A DNA stretch of 63,790 bases, counting the filler, from Reclinomonas americana ATCC 50394 (taxonomy: Eukaryota): the NCBI GenBank assembly GCA_048213135.1. It is 3 parts of 2 records of this genome, joined end to end, with 100 filler letters (N's around TTAATTAATTAA, not from the genome) between each part and the next. Parts side by side here need not be neighbours in the genome. Positions count along the whole stretch, not along the records: positions 1 to 30,192 come from PS015271.1; 2 more parts are not named here. One strand, 5' to 3'. Position numbers and translations under genes: made by a program. Under the pieces are notes generated by a model, which worked only from the letters and a program-made list of their open reading frames with translations, ran no database searches and was not told where the DNA came from. Shown piece by piece: positions 1-24,226 of the stretch. Position 1 is the stretch's first letter; every line of letters starts with the position of its first letter.

Positions 1-23
1 GAAGTAGCGCGGGAACGACACAC

Positions 24-75
<52 letters not shown>

Positions 76-461
76 CGCACTCTCTCTCTTTCTCTCTCTG
101 TCTCTTGTGGCACACAATATCTTGAATTTTGCACTCGTTTCTCACTTCTCTCTCAAACTCACACTCTCTCACACTCTCACTCTCTCTCTCTCTTACTCTC
201 TTACTCTCTCTCACGCACACTCTACTCTCTTTCGCACACTTTGGCACACTTTCTCACACACTATCTTCTCAATTTCGAACTTTTCACTCTCTCACTCACG
301 CACGCACACACACACACACACACTCACTCACACACTCTCACTCTCACACACTACCTTCTCACACAACTTACTCATTCACACACTCACTCACTCACACACT
401 CTTTCTCACACACTCAATTTCAAACTTTTCCACTCACTCTTCTCTCATTCCTCTCTCTCAG

Positions 462-2160
462 AGTGGCGACAGTGCGCCTAAACCGCGCGGAAAGCGCAGA
501 AAGATCAACATTGATTACATTCAAGTTGCGATCTCTTCATCTGCCTTCTATATTATTCTCTCTTTTCTCTCACACTTTTTTTGTTGTTTTCTTCCGCTTG
601 TTTCTTGTTTGGCGTTTGTTGTTTTTTTTTTTGTAGGATAAGACGCAGCGATTGACTACGTTCCACAAGCGCAAGGAGGGATTGTTGAAGAAGGTGAAGA
701 GTTGATGGAGAATGCGGGCAAGTGCGGTTGATTTCTCGGATGCGCGGACACGCGTTCTCTTGTGTGCACTCTTCTGTGTACACAGCAGGGTACTTGCTGC
801 ACTCTCTTACTCTCCCAATCTCACTCACACTCTCACTCACTCACTCTTTCACCCTGCCATTTGCCCAAGCAAGAACGGTTGATTCGCGTTCTCCTCTTGT
901 GTGCACTCTTTTCTGTGCACGCAGGCTACTTGCTCTCACTCGTTCTCTCACTCTCTCACTCTCACTCTCACGCACTTGTTCACTCTGTCATTTGCCTCAA
1001 ATCATCTGCTGATTGAGAGTGGGCAAGTGCGGTTTATACGCGTTCTCCTCATTTGCAACAGGGTACTTGCTGCACTCTCTCACTCTCTCAGTCTCACTCA
1101 CTCGTTCACTCTGTCATTTGCCTCAAATTATCTGCCGATTGAGAGTGGGCAAGTACGGTTGATACGCGTCCTCCTCATTTGCAACCTGGCACTTGCTCTC
1201 ACTCTCTCACTCTCTCTCTATCACTCTGTCAATCGCCACAATCATCTGCTGATTGAGAGTGGGCAAGTGCGGTTGATGCGCGTTCTCCTAATTTGCAACA
1301 GGGCACTTCCTCTCACTCTCACTCTCGCAATCACACACTTGTTCACCCTGCCATTTGCCCAAGCAAGTGCGGTTTACATGTTCTCCTCTTCTGCGCACTC
1401 TCCCGTGTACACAGCAGGGCACATGCTGTCCTTCACTCACACTCTCACTCACTCGCAAGCAAGTGCGGTTGATACGCGTTCTCCTCTTGTGTGCACTCTT
1501 CTCTGAGCACAGCAGGGCACTTCCTGTCCTTCACACTTAACTCACTCGCTCTGTCACTTGTTCCCGATCATCTGCTGAGCAAGCGCGATTGATTCATTGT
1601 CAGTGCGCACTCTCCTGTGCGCACCAGGGCACTTGCTGTCTCTCACTTTCTCAATCTCAGTCGCTTGTTCACCCTGCCACGCCGCATGCATCTGTCGATT
1701 GAGAGTGGGCAGCTGCGGTTGATTAGCGCACACACGTCCGCACTCTTCTGTGTGCACCAGGGCCATCTCGCTCCCTCTTTCTCTCCCTCTCACGCTTTCG
1801 ATAATCTAAGTGTGCTTGCTCTCACTGTCGCTCATTCTGTCGCGCTCCATCTTATGACACGGTGTTCCTCGGAGAGTGGCGAGCGCGGTTGAATTCACTG
1901 TTGTGCACTCTTCTACTCTCGTGCATCCTGACTGAGCTCTCGCACATCCTGACTGAGCTCTCGCACATGCTCCCTTTTCTCCTCTCTCTCTCCCTTGCCC
2001 TCCGTTGTGCTCACTCCTCCATCTCCGACATCGCAGGCGTACGAGTTGAGCACGTTGACTGGATCGCAGATTCTGCTGCTCATTGCGTCGGAGACAGGCC
2101 AGGTTGGTGCTGCGTAGCTTGTTTGCTCTTCTTGACCTCTCTCTTTTGTGTGCATCGTCT

Positions 2161-2191
<31 letters not shown>

Positions 2192-2852
2192 CTGTAGCTA
2201 TGCTCCTCATACCACGCCGTTGATTTCATCGTGTATTTCGCTCGCTTTCTGTGTCTCTCACTCGCGCACACAAGTTTCTCTCTCTCTCTCCATGCATATC
2301 TTGCCGCGCTGTCAATAGTATCATTCTCATCTTCTCACGCTGCACTCTTCATGCACACCATTGAGAGCATCCAGCTGATTCATGCTGCTCTCTGTTTCTC
2401 TCAGCTTCCTTCATGTACGCTGCTGCTTTGTGTACATTCTCTGATCTCACCGCGCATTTCATTTCATCCTGCTTATTCTTGCCTTGTTCTCTCTGCTTCA
2501 TTCATCCACGCTGCTGTTTCATGTGTCCTCCCCTGATTTCACCGCGGAATTGTTGGCATCCTCCGTGTTCGTGTAGCTGTCCCTCTCAGCTTCATTTCTC
2601 TCCCCTTCTCTTTTTCACCCTCCCTCGCTTTCTCTTTCCCTCGCTCTCCCACTTCCCTCACCCTCCCTCACTTCACTCCCCCTCCCGCAGGTCTACACCT
2701 TCGCCACTCCCAAATTCCAGCCCCTCATCACCCGCCCACCCGGCAAGACATTCATCGAGGTGCGTCACCCCTCCCGCGTCCAGCACCCTCTTCTCCTCAC
2801 AATAACGCCGCCTTGCACCACACAGTCGTGCTTAAACGCGCCTGACGAGTGA
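462..2852 (+). CDS. SRF: SRF/Mcm1-type MADS-box transcription factor, 5'-partial; exons 462-524, 637-693, 2037-2102, 2691-2759, 2826-2852
   Basis: Hand-spliced GT-AG phase-0 exons give SGDSAPKPRGKRRKINIDYIQ-DKTQRLTTFHKRKEGLLKK-AYELSTLTGSQILLLIASETGQ-VYTFATPKFQPLITRPPGKTFIE-SCLNAPDE*. This is collinear with the SRF MADS box plus SAM region (KKAYELSTLTGTQVLLLVASETGHVYTFAT...CLNSPD). Confidence 0.93.
700..1760 (+). repeat. Degenerate ~120-bp tandem repeat inside MADS intron 694-2036
   Basis: The block atcatctgctgattgagagtgggcaagtgcggttgatacgcgttctcctc recurs near 1001, 1128, 1241 and 1690, with partial copies near 720, 870, 1362, 1460 and 1570. Confidence 0.8.
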
Positions 2853-2979
2853 CCCCCGTCACCTGATGGGCGTGTCTCCTCCCCAATCACCATTATTTTC
2901 ATTGCTCGCCTGGAGACACGCAGACACCATTAAAGTGATGAGCGTCATCAAGCGGGGTTGTGTTAGTTGTTGTTGTGTT

Positions 2980-5005
2980 TCAGTTGGCCATGAAGTCACC
3001 ACCTGCGAGGGAATAGGCAACAGCATCAGCAACATGTTCTCACAGAGGACATCTCTCTTTCTCTCCAACTCTCAGACCACAAACCCTCCTTCGCACCCCT
3101 CTTGCCCGACCACTCTTCAGACAAACGCTGCATCAGATTGCCTTCTCTTCTCTCCAATTCTCCGACCACACCCCTTTCTTTCCTCTCCACCACTAGAATC
3201 AGAGCCCAGATGCTCACAGTATGGAGCGCGCACATTCCCCTCCTACCCCCCTTCTACCCCCCTTCTCCTCCCCTTCTCCTCCCCTTCTCCTCCCTTTCCC
3301 CTTTCCCCCTCCACACCATTAATATCAATGGAGGCCCCGTTAATATGCGCCGCACTCTCCGTCGCCAGGAACCCAATCAACGACGCAATCTCCGCCGGCT
3401 GCGCCATGCGACCGGCCGGACACCGCCTCTCCCACGCCGCCAGCGTCTCGGCCGGGAAAAACTTGCGCAACTCCTAACAAAAAAGAAGGGTGAGGAGCGG
3501 TCACGAAAGAAACGCAGGGGTGCAAGTTTTCTTTACCGGCGTGTCGACGAGGGACGGGCACACTGCGTTGACGGTGATGCCGTGGCGCGCCTCCATGCAC
3601 GCCAGTTGCCTGGTGAGACCGAGCAGACCGGCCTTGGAGGCGCTCACGGGGAGGGAGCCTGGCGTGTCACTCGTGAGGAAACGCAAAAAGGGGGGAAAAG
3701 GTGGAGATGGGGGGTGACGAACCGCCACGGCTGTGGCTCTTGCCGGCCTTGGACGACAGATTAATGATGCGTCCCCAGCCGGCCTCACGCATCTGCGGTG
3801 AATTGTGAGGGGATGCGGGGATGGGGAAAGGGAGGAAGTACTTCTAATGTTACGCAACGTACTTGATCGCAGCGCGGCATGTGTAGAACGAGCCCTGTGG
3901 GTGAATAGCGAGTGAGGAGACAATGGAGCAGATCATCTTGCTCCTTCTCGTGACTCTTAGATGCGCGCTCACTCATCGCGATCCGCACAAACAACGGAGC
4001 TTGATCTCTTGAACAGCAACTCGCATGCAGAGTTCCTTCGCCAGCAGATCATCTCGCTCCTTCTCGTGACTCTGAAATGCGCGCTCACTCATCGCGATCC
4101 GCACTGACAACGGAGCTTACTCTCTTGAACAGCAACTCGCATGCAGAGTTCTTTCGCCGACTTTCGAGTACACAGAGCTCTGTCTTGCTCACCCACTCTC
4201 CATCTCAGACACAGGACTCATCCCCTCTTGTTGTTCACTCCGATCGACCATGCTGTTCTTGCACATTTCTCTTGTTATCTACTTTGTGTGCACCACTACA
4301 AGTCGCTCAAGCTGCAATCCTGCCTGCCTGTCTGGGGTTCCCATGCAACACAGAACTTACTCGCGAATAGGAGTTCAATGCCTCGCCATCTATCTTATCT
4401 CTCAGTGTCTTCACTGAGCACCCACCATTGTGGTAAACCTTTTCGATACTTGTCCTCCCTTTCCTGCATCCCTCCCTTCCCCTTCCATCCACACTCACCG
4501 ACAAATTGAAATCCATGATCAATCGCCACTCCTCATCCGTCATCTCACAAATGTCCTTGTTGGGACGCGTAATCGTCGCACAGTTGACCAGAATGTGCAA
4601 CCGACCGCCCATATCCTCCGCCGCTCGGGACACCACAATGCGGACCTCCTCCGAGCTCGACACGTTGAGTGGGATGATTGAAATACGTTGCGCTGTTGGG
4701 GAGAGGAATGAGACAGAATACAAGAGTTGCTGCTCGTGCGCGCGCGCACACCTCCAGCAGGCGATGGTGGTGCGACAGGCAGCGCGGCCACGCACGCGCG
4801 CAGAGCCGTCTCGTCCACACCCGTCGCCACCACCGACGCACCCATGGCCCACAACTGGTGGACCACCGCGCAACCAATGTCGCGGGAGCAGCTGCGGCGG
4901 GGCGAGGAAATGCGATGAGCGCGGGGGTGAGGGAAGACAACCGTCGACGGGCAACACGAACCCAGTCACCAGAGCCACGCGACCGTGGAGAGGTGGGAGC
5001 ACGGC
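2980..5005 (-). CDS. Short-chain dehydrogenase/reductase (FabG-like fold) with atypical active site; start exon not located
   Basis: Spliced exons read AVLPPLHGRVALVTG-CSRDIGCAVVHQLWAMGASVVATG...-LHILVNCATITRP...MTDEEWRLIMDFNLS-GSFYTCRAAIKY-MREAGWGRIINLSSKAG...-GSLPVSASKAGLLGLTRQLA..GITVNAVCPSLVDTP-..GRMAQPAEIASLIGFLATESAAHINGASIDING-GDFMAN*. Confidence 0.9.
3925..4160 (+). repeat. Direct duplication of ~118 bp in an SDR intron
   Basis: gcagatcatct..gctccttctcgtgactct...atgcgcgctcactcatcgcgatccgcac...tcttgaacagcaactcgcatgcagagttc occurs twice in tandem. Confidence 0.85.
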
Positions 5006-5551
5006 CTGAGAGGAGGGGGTGAGTTATGGATCGCAGAAGGGAGGCTTGCAGAAAGTATGACACACGACTGGAGAAGAAGCATGAAACAAGACAGACAGTG
5101 ATCCACAATCATCACGATTCTCTCTCTCACACAAACTACGGTGAAGGACAAGACTCCAATTCGAACAGGGTGCTCTGCTGTTGATCTCTCTCGACAGGAG
5201 GAGACAGCTCACTCGGGGATGGATTGCCTTTCGAGAAACAGGGTGTTGCTCACTTTCTCTCTCTCTCTCCTCAAAACGAAGTATGCTTGGCTGTTCTCAT
5301 TGTCTTATCGATCCGCAACATGCAAGGCTCCATGTCCCTCGCAATCACTACAGAATCACTGGTGCTTCTCGGCAGCAAGACAACTCACTAAAATCTCAGA
5401 CTGACGCTCGATGATCAAGGGCGTCTCTCTCTCTCTCTCTCTCTCTCTCTCNNNNNNNNNNNNNNNNNNNNNNNNNNNNNNNNNNNNNNNNNNNNNNNNN
5501 NNNNNNNNNNNNNNNNNNNNNNNNNNNNNNNNNNNNACACTACTACTACTA

Positions 5552-5610
<59 letters not shown>

Positions 5611-5687
5611 CGCACGCACGCACGCAACTTGCTCCACACTTGCAATACTCACAGTCGGCGCCACAGACGAGCTCGAAGCAACACGCG

Positions 5688-5719
<32 letters not shown>

Positions 5720-5930
5720 AGCACACAGTCAGTCACTCTCTCTCTCTCTCTCTCTCACTCACAGTCACCATTGATCTCTCGCGCACAATCGCCTCCACTT
5801 TCCCACTCGTAAACCGCGCAATCAACTCATACACTAACGCACTCACTGGTGCGCCTGCGAGAAGCGCCACAGCCGCAGCCGCACACAACATATTAAAAAG
5901 TGTCAAGTCCGCGTCAACTCCGCCGTTCAT

Positions 5931-18034
<12,104 letters not shown>

Positions 18035-18384
18035 GCCCGCTCACTCAAACACTCTTTCACTCTCTCGCACACACGCGCGTGCTCACAACAAGGGACATGA
18101 GGAGAGAGTGGCACTCTGTAAGAGAACAAACAAGGCAACGAACCCCCACATCGCGCGCGTGTGATTGTTATGTGATATGCGCTGGTTGATTGATCGGTGT
18201 GGACGGTGGAATTGCAAAGTCAATGCATACACAGCTGGCTTGTCGACCGGCAAGTGCCTACCAGCATCCAACAACGCAAGACGCTTATATGGGAAGAAGC
18301 GGTTGCTGCACTTTCTGAAAGGAAGCGTCCGGGACCCGACGTCGACGTCGACGTCTCGACGAAACGACACTCGACGTCGCCATT

Positions 18385-18470
18385 GTGCAACAACAACAAC
18401 TTTACTACCCCAAACAGCAACAGCTGCACGATGATCACCATCTCAGACATCACGGGAAAAGCGAGAAAAA
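18385..18470 (+). repeat. Partial copy of a dispersed intergenic repeat (matches 55155-55265)
   Basis: Shares caacaacaac...cagcaa...cagctgcacgatgatcaccatct...gcgagaaa with the 55.2-kb copy. Confidence 0.7.
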
Positions 18471-18694
18471 GTCGAGATGGCTAATGCTGGCGTTTCTGCA
18501 AGAGAAACCACGGCTTGGATTTGACGCCGAATTCCAAACAGGAATGCAGATAGACAGCAAGAGGTGTTGGTGTCAGAACACAATGAAACCCAACAGAGCC
18601 AGGCAATGTGCAACGAAGACGTCCGGGAAGGAGCAGAGGAGCAATCGAGTGGGCGACTACTTCACCAAGCTAGGGTTCTAGTTTCAATAGCCAT

Positions 18695-21600
18695 TTAATA
18701 ACCCTCACCCTCATCAACCATCACACCGGTAAAATCCGGCAAAAAGCAGCTGAGGACGCGATCTACCAGCCCTCCGCCAAAGCCACGCATCATAATAATA
18801 GAGCTTCCGGTGGCGAGGACTCCGACAATGTCGTCGGCAAATGCGACGGTACGTGCTGAATCGACCAAGGTATCGTGCCGCAACTCCTCACCGCTCGTCA
18901 GCGACCACACACGTACGGTCTCATCGTCACTCCCACTGATTACGTGCTGACCATCGGGGGAGACCGCAACTGACCTCACGGCAGCAGTGTGCCCCTCCAA
19001 CCGCAGCGAAGCCTCACCGCTTGCCAGCGACCACACCAACACTGTCCCGTCAAGACTGCCACTGACAATGTGCTGTCCGTCGGGTGTGATGGTGACGGAG
19101 AGCACGTAATCAGTGTGGCCCTTGAGCTGACGCACTTCTTCTCCCGTTGCCAATGACCACACTCGTACCGTCCTGTCCAGGCTCCCACTCACAGCGTGCT
19201 CTCCGTCGGGCGTCACGGCGATAGAGATCACTTCATGCGAGTGTCCGTTAAGTTGACGTACTTGCTGTCCGCTCTCCAACAGCCAAACCCGCACCGTGTA
19301 GTCGCGACTCGCACTCACAATGTGCTGGCCGTTGGGAGTGATGGCAACCGAGTGTACTGCATTGGCATGCCCCTGCAAGCAACGCACTTGGTCTCCACTG
19401 TCCATGGACCACACTCGTATTGTCATGTCACCTCCGCCGGTCACCACATGCGTGCCGTCGGGTGTGACAGCCACCGACCGCACCATTTCCGTGTGCCCCT
19501 CCAATCGCAACACCTCTTCTCCACTGTGTACACACCACACACGCACAGTCTTATCACAAGCGCCACTGACAATGTGCTTGCGATCGGGTGTGGCAACAAC
19601 CGACAACACATCACCGGTGTGCCCTTCGAGCCGTCGGACCTCTTCACCACTTCCCGCAGACCACACCTGGATGGTGCCGCGGCAGCGGCCTCCACTTCCA
19701 CTCACAATGCGGTCACCACCGGGGGAAACAGCGACACNNNNNNNNNNNNNNNNNNNNNNNNNNNNNNNNNNNNNNNNNNNNNNNNNNNNNNNNNNNNNNN
19801 NNNNNNNNNNNNNNNNNNNNNNNNNNNNNNNNNNNNNNNNNNNNNNNNNNNNNNNNNNNNNNNNNNNNNNNNNNNNNNNNNNNNNNNNNNNNNNNNNNNN
19901 NNNNNNNNNNNNNNNNNNNNNNNNNNNNNNNNNNNNNNNNNNNNNNNNNNNNNNNNNNNNNNNNNNNNNNNNNNNNNNNNNNNNNNNNNNNNNNNNNNNN
20001 NNNNNNNNNNNNNNNNNNNNNNNNNNNNNNNNNNNNNNNNNNNNNNNNNNNNNNNNNNNNNNNNNNNNNNNNNNNNNNNNNNNNNNNNNNNNNNNNNNNN
20101 NNNNNNNNNNNNNNNNNNNNNNNNNNNNNNNNNNNNNNNNNNNNNNNNNNNNNNNNNNNNNNNNNNNNNNNNNNNNNNNNNNNNNNNNNNNNNNNNNNNN
20201 NNNNNNAGGACACCCGCCCTGTATGCCCTTCCAATCGTCGTACTTCCTCCGCGGTCTCCACTGACCACACTCTCACAGTCTTGTCGGAGCTGCCACTGAC
20301 AATGTGCTTTCCGTCGGGCGTGAAGGCAACAGACTCCACACTCCCAGTGTGCCCCTTGCAACAGAGCATGAGACTACCAGTCTCCAGCGACCACATGCGC
20401 AACGTCTCGTCGATGCCACCGCTCACAACGAACAGACCATCCGGACTGGTCGACACGCATTTGACTCCCTCAGTGTGACCCTCAAATCGCCGCACTTCAT
20501 CACCACTCGCCAGTGACCACACACGCACAGTTTTATCAATACTGCCGCTCACGACATGCTTACCGTCGCGGGTGATCGCGACGCACGATACACCGTCGGT
20601 ATGTCCATTGAACCGCCGTACTTCCCCTCCACTCGCCGCCAGCGACCACACGCGTACGGTATAGTCGTTGCTCCCACTGACAACATGTTTCCCATCAGGA
20701 GCCACGGCAACTGCCCAAACTTGGCAAGTGTGTCCCTTCAACATCCGCACTTCTTCACCAGTCGCCAGCGACCACAAACGCACAGTCGTGTCCCCACTGC
20801 CACTCACCACGTACCGATCGTCGGGAGTGACAGCCACCGAAAACACCCACTTCGCGTGCCCGGTCAGCTGCCTCACTTGTGCACTGTTCTCCATTGACCA
20901 GACTCGCAAAGTCATGTCCCCACTCCCACTTACTACGAACTGACCATCATAACTGCAGGCGACCGAAGCCACCCCCATGGTGTGTCCTTTCATCGGTTTC
21001 CTCGGCCACCTCACATCCGTCACATCCGCCCCTGTGAAATCCGCCTCCCNNNNNNNNNNNNNNNNNNNNTCGCAAACGCCATGCACACATTCACCCCACG
21101 TAAATCCGCTCCCCTCCACACCGTCCTGTGCATCACCGCATCCCTCAAATCCGCACCCCTCACTCGCACGCCCGACAGATCTCGGCCGCTGTACGACACT
21201 TGAGCCACACTCAACACCGTCGCTGCATTCGCAGCAGCCGTCACCACTCGATCGTCATCCTCCACGCGAGACAAATAAATTACCTCCCACAATCTCGCTT
21301 GCAATCGAGGAGATCGTCGCACCACCTCGGCCATTTGTTCCACCAACGATGGTCGATCATTCAGCAGTCGCACTGCCAGCACATGCTGCTGCACATCTTG
21401 CATTGTCAGTCTCTCGGCGTCTCCCCACGTCTCCCATGCAAACATATGCCGTGCCACGCAGTGCTCCAGCAAAGACAGATGCACAAAACCCCACTGCGTC
21501 GTCCCAAATCGTCGCACAATCGGGCAGCACACACGCACGTGCCGGTTCTTGTCGCCAAGAAACTTGTCCCACGGCCCCTCATCTGCTCTCGCAACTGGTG

Positions 21601-23347
21601 ACGACGGAGCGCCGCAAAAGTCATCTTCTTCTTCTTCATCGTCACCGAACTGGTTGTGGGGCGACGAGACACGCACCGCATTCCTCTCGTGCATCAACCG
21701 CGCCAGTCCCTCACAGAATGCAAGACACGTCTCCTCACTCGGCACACGTTCCGCACCAACACGTGTCTGCCTCTCCTGCTCCCTCGCAATCCACTGGCGA
21801 ATGAATCGGTCAAACACATCGCGCCGAGTCGGTCGTTGCACACCACTCGCAACCAACTGCGGCAGTACGCGAGCCACCACTGTCAGCAGGAACGGATTCG
21901 ACACCAGCGCATCCAGTCCATGTACACTCTTCAGTGCACGAATGTACTCCTCGGCAGTCGACCATCGCACCTCACCGTCGTCACTATCGCCATCCACTTG
22001 CACCAGTCGCTCAAAGTACTCCTCAATCTGCACCTTGCTGAAGGCTGCAACGTGCCGCTCCAGCAGCTGCCGCAAGCATAGCTGTCCACGTGTATCCACC
22101 GGTGCAAAGTACCGTCGATACTGCGCCGATCCACCCAGTGCCGTCAGTGCGAAGTCACCGCGACAGGTGATAATCACCTTCACATCGCGACACACATCCA
22201 GTTGGTTCTTGACAAACAGATTCACACCACGGTACAACTCGTCGTACCCGTCAAGCAACAACAGCAATGGTTTCTCCCTCTTCAACCGTCGCACATCCGT
22301 CTCGCTGAATCCCAACTCGGGCGACAGTCGCTCCAATGCCTCCTCCAACAATCGCTCATCGGAGCTGCGCAGTGAACCAAGAGGCACACGGACCGGTAGT
22401 CTTTGCCGACTCCCACGTGGCTGTTGCCACTGTCGCCAAGCCCGCTCGGCCAACAACGACATGGTGGTGGTCTTGCCGGCGCCACTGTTGCCAAACAGCA
22501 CCAGCACACGGTGGGTGGTGTTGGTGTCGGCGAGGAATGCATCAACCTCGGTCAGCAGGTCCGTCAACTCCTTGGATTCGCGCTCCCGGGAACACAGCAG
22601 TGGTACGTACATCTGCATGTCCTTGCGCACACTCTCGTCGTGTTGATAAAACGAGAGCTCACGTACAGCCAGTCGATGCAGTCGCTCTTCGAATGTGTCC
22701 ATGAAGAAGCGAGCATGGCACGCCTCACGGATACGGGTGGTGTACCGCGCAAACTCGTCAGCCGTGAGCCACAATCGAGAAAGGATGGAGAGAAAGACAC
22801 CATCGTCGCCGAGATACCGGAGAACTGTTGTATCTGTCCACGGCGGCGGGTTGTGTATCAGCACGTTCCTCACGTCACGAAGTTGCTCCACAGCCTTGCG
22901 CTCGTCAACGTCGTCAATTAGCAACAGCTTGCGACCATCCTCGCAAAGGAGTCCACCGTACAGCATGATGGACGAGAGGGCAGTCGTGTCGAAATCGGTA
23001 CACGAGGGGTCGGACGAGGGGTCGGCATCGAATGCAGCACGCCAGGCCAACACCGCCGGCTGCTTCTCCTCAAACAACTTGACTCTCCCGGGGAGGAGTG
23101 GAGCATGTCGCGTACGCCAAGCCTTCACAGCCACGGAGTGCATGTGCAAGCCAGTCGGCACAATGCTCGGAACCCACATACACAGATCGCCAGTGTTGAT
23201 CCGTGGAGACCACATATCAGATGCCCAAGCCCGCGCATCAAAGTCGGCATGATCGCGACTGAACTGAGCCATCGAGTACAGGCAGCGAATACCCGCTGCC
23301 TCCTCCACAGCCTCGAACCCCATGTGGACGCGCTGCGAGTTGATCAT
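18695..23347 (-). CDS. STAND/NLR-like protein: N-terminal HEPN-like domain, NACHT, pentapeptide repeats, at least 13 WD40 repeats; intronless where sequenced, interrupted by two N gaps
   Basis: Walker A GNSGAGKTT (22469-22492); Walker B LLLLLDGYDE; KVIITCR sensor; NPFLL (GxP-like) motif; pentapeptides RDLSG/ADLRD/ADLRG/ADFTG; 42-aa WD40 units LEGHTxxVxSVAVTPDGKHIVSGSxDxTVRVWS; N-terminal DFDTTALSSIML...EQLRDVRNVLIH. Confidence 0.92.
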
Positions 23348-23728
23348 GCTGCGCGCACAATAATTTCTGTCAGCACATCAGAGCACTGTGCTTTACGCAG
23401 AAGAGGGGAAAGCAGCAAACCGCGTCTCTCGTTCCGATGGGCTGCAATCATGCGGGGGAGGGGCGGAGTGAGAATGCTTGGGTAATTTGGGAAGACCGAT
23501 ACAAACAATTCTCGTTCCCCGTGCTCAGATGTGCAAACCCGCTGATTCTACCTGTTAGGACTACCATGGCAGGGGATAATCACCAAGGTCTCCCCTCATT
23601 CACTCATTCACACGCACACACAAAGTCTCTCAGTCTATTCCACACGCTAACCCTTTCGCACTCTCCCACGTTTCTCACCGACTCTCACGCGCAATCTCTT
23701 NNNNNNNNNNNNNNNNNNNNCAACGCAG

Positions 23729-24024
23729 TTCTCCGTGCACGTAAGTGCGGCGCATGACTCGTCGTTTACGGTGGTGGTGGAGGGCATGTCGACCCTGTCT
23801 ACGCTGGCGGACCTGCTGCGCGAGGCCACACGCTTGCTGCGAGTGGCAAGTGGGGACGAGGACGTGGAGATTGTTGGAGTGGAGAAGCCGGCCGAGTATG
23901 ACTTGGAGGACGCGGGCGTGACCAAGCTGAAAACGCTGGGCATCAAGGCCTCGTCGCGACTCGTCGTCAAGCTGGCACTGGGCGTGGCGTCGCCGACCGC
24001 TGCGAATGTCACTGGAAATGAGAG
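23729..24024 (+). CDS. Single exon of a possible ubiquitin-like (beta-grasp) domain protein; rest of the gene lost in gaps
   Basis: AG/GT-bounded open frame FSVHVSAAHDSSFTVVVEGMSTLSTLADLLREATRLL...KLKTLGIKASSRLVVKL shows the Ubl pattern beta-beta-TLxDL helix...LxxLGIxxxSxLxV. Confidence 0.4.
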
Positions 24025-24050
24025 GTGCGTGATTGTGATAGGGGTGATGG

Positions 24051-24226
<176 letters not shown>

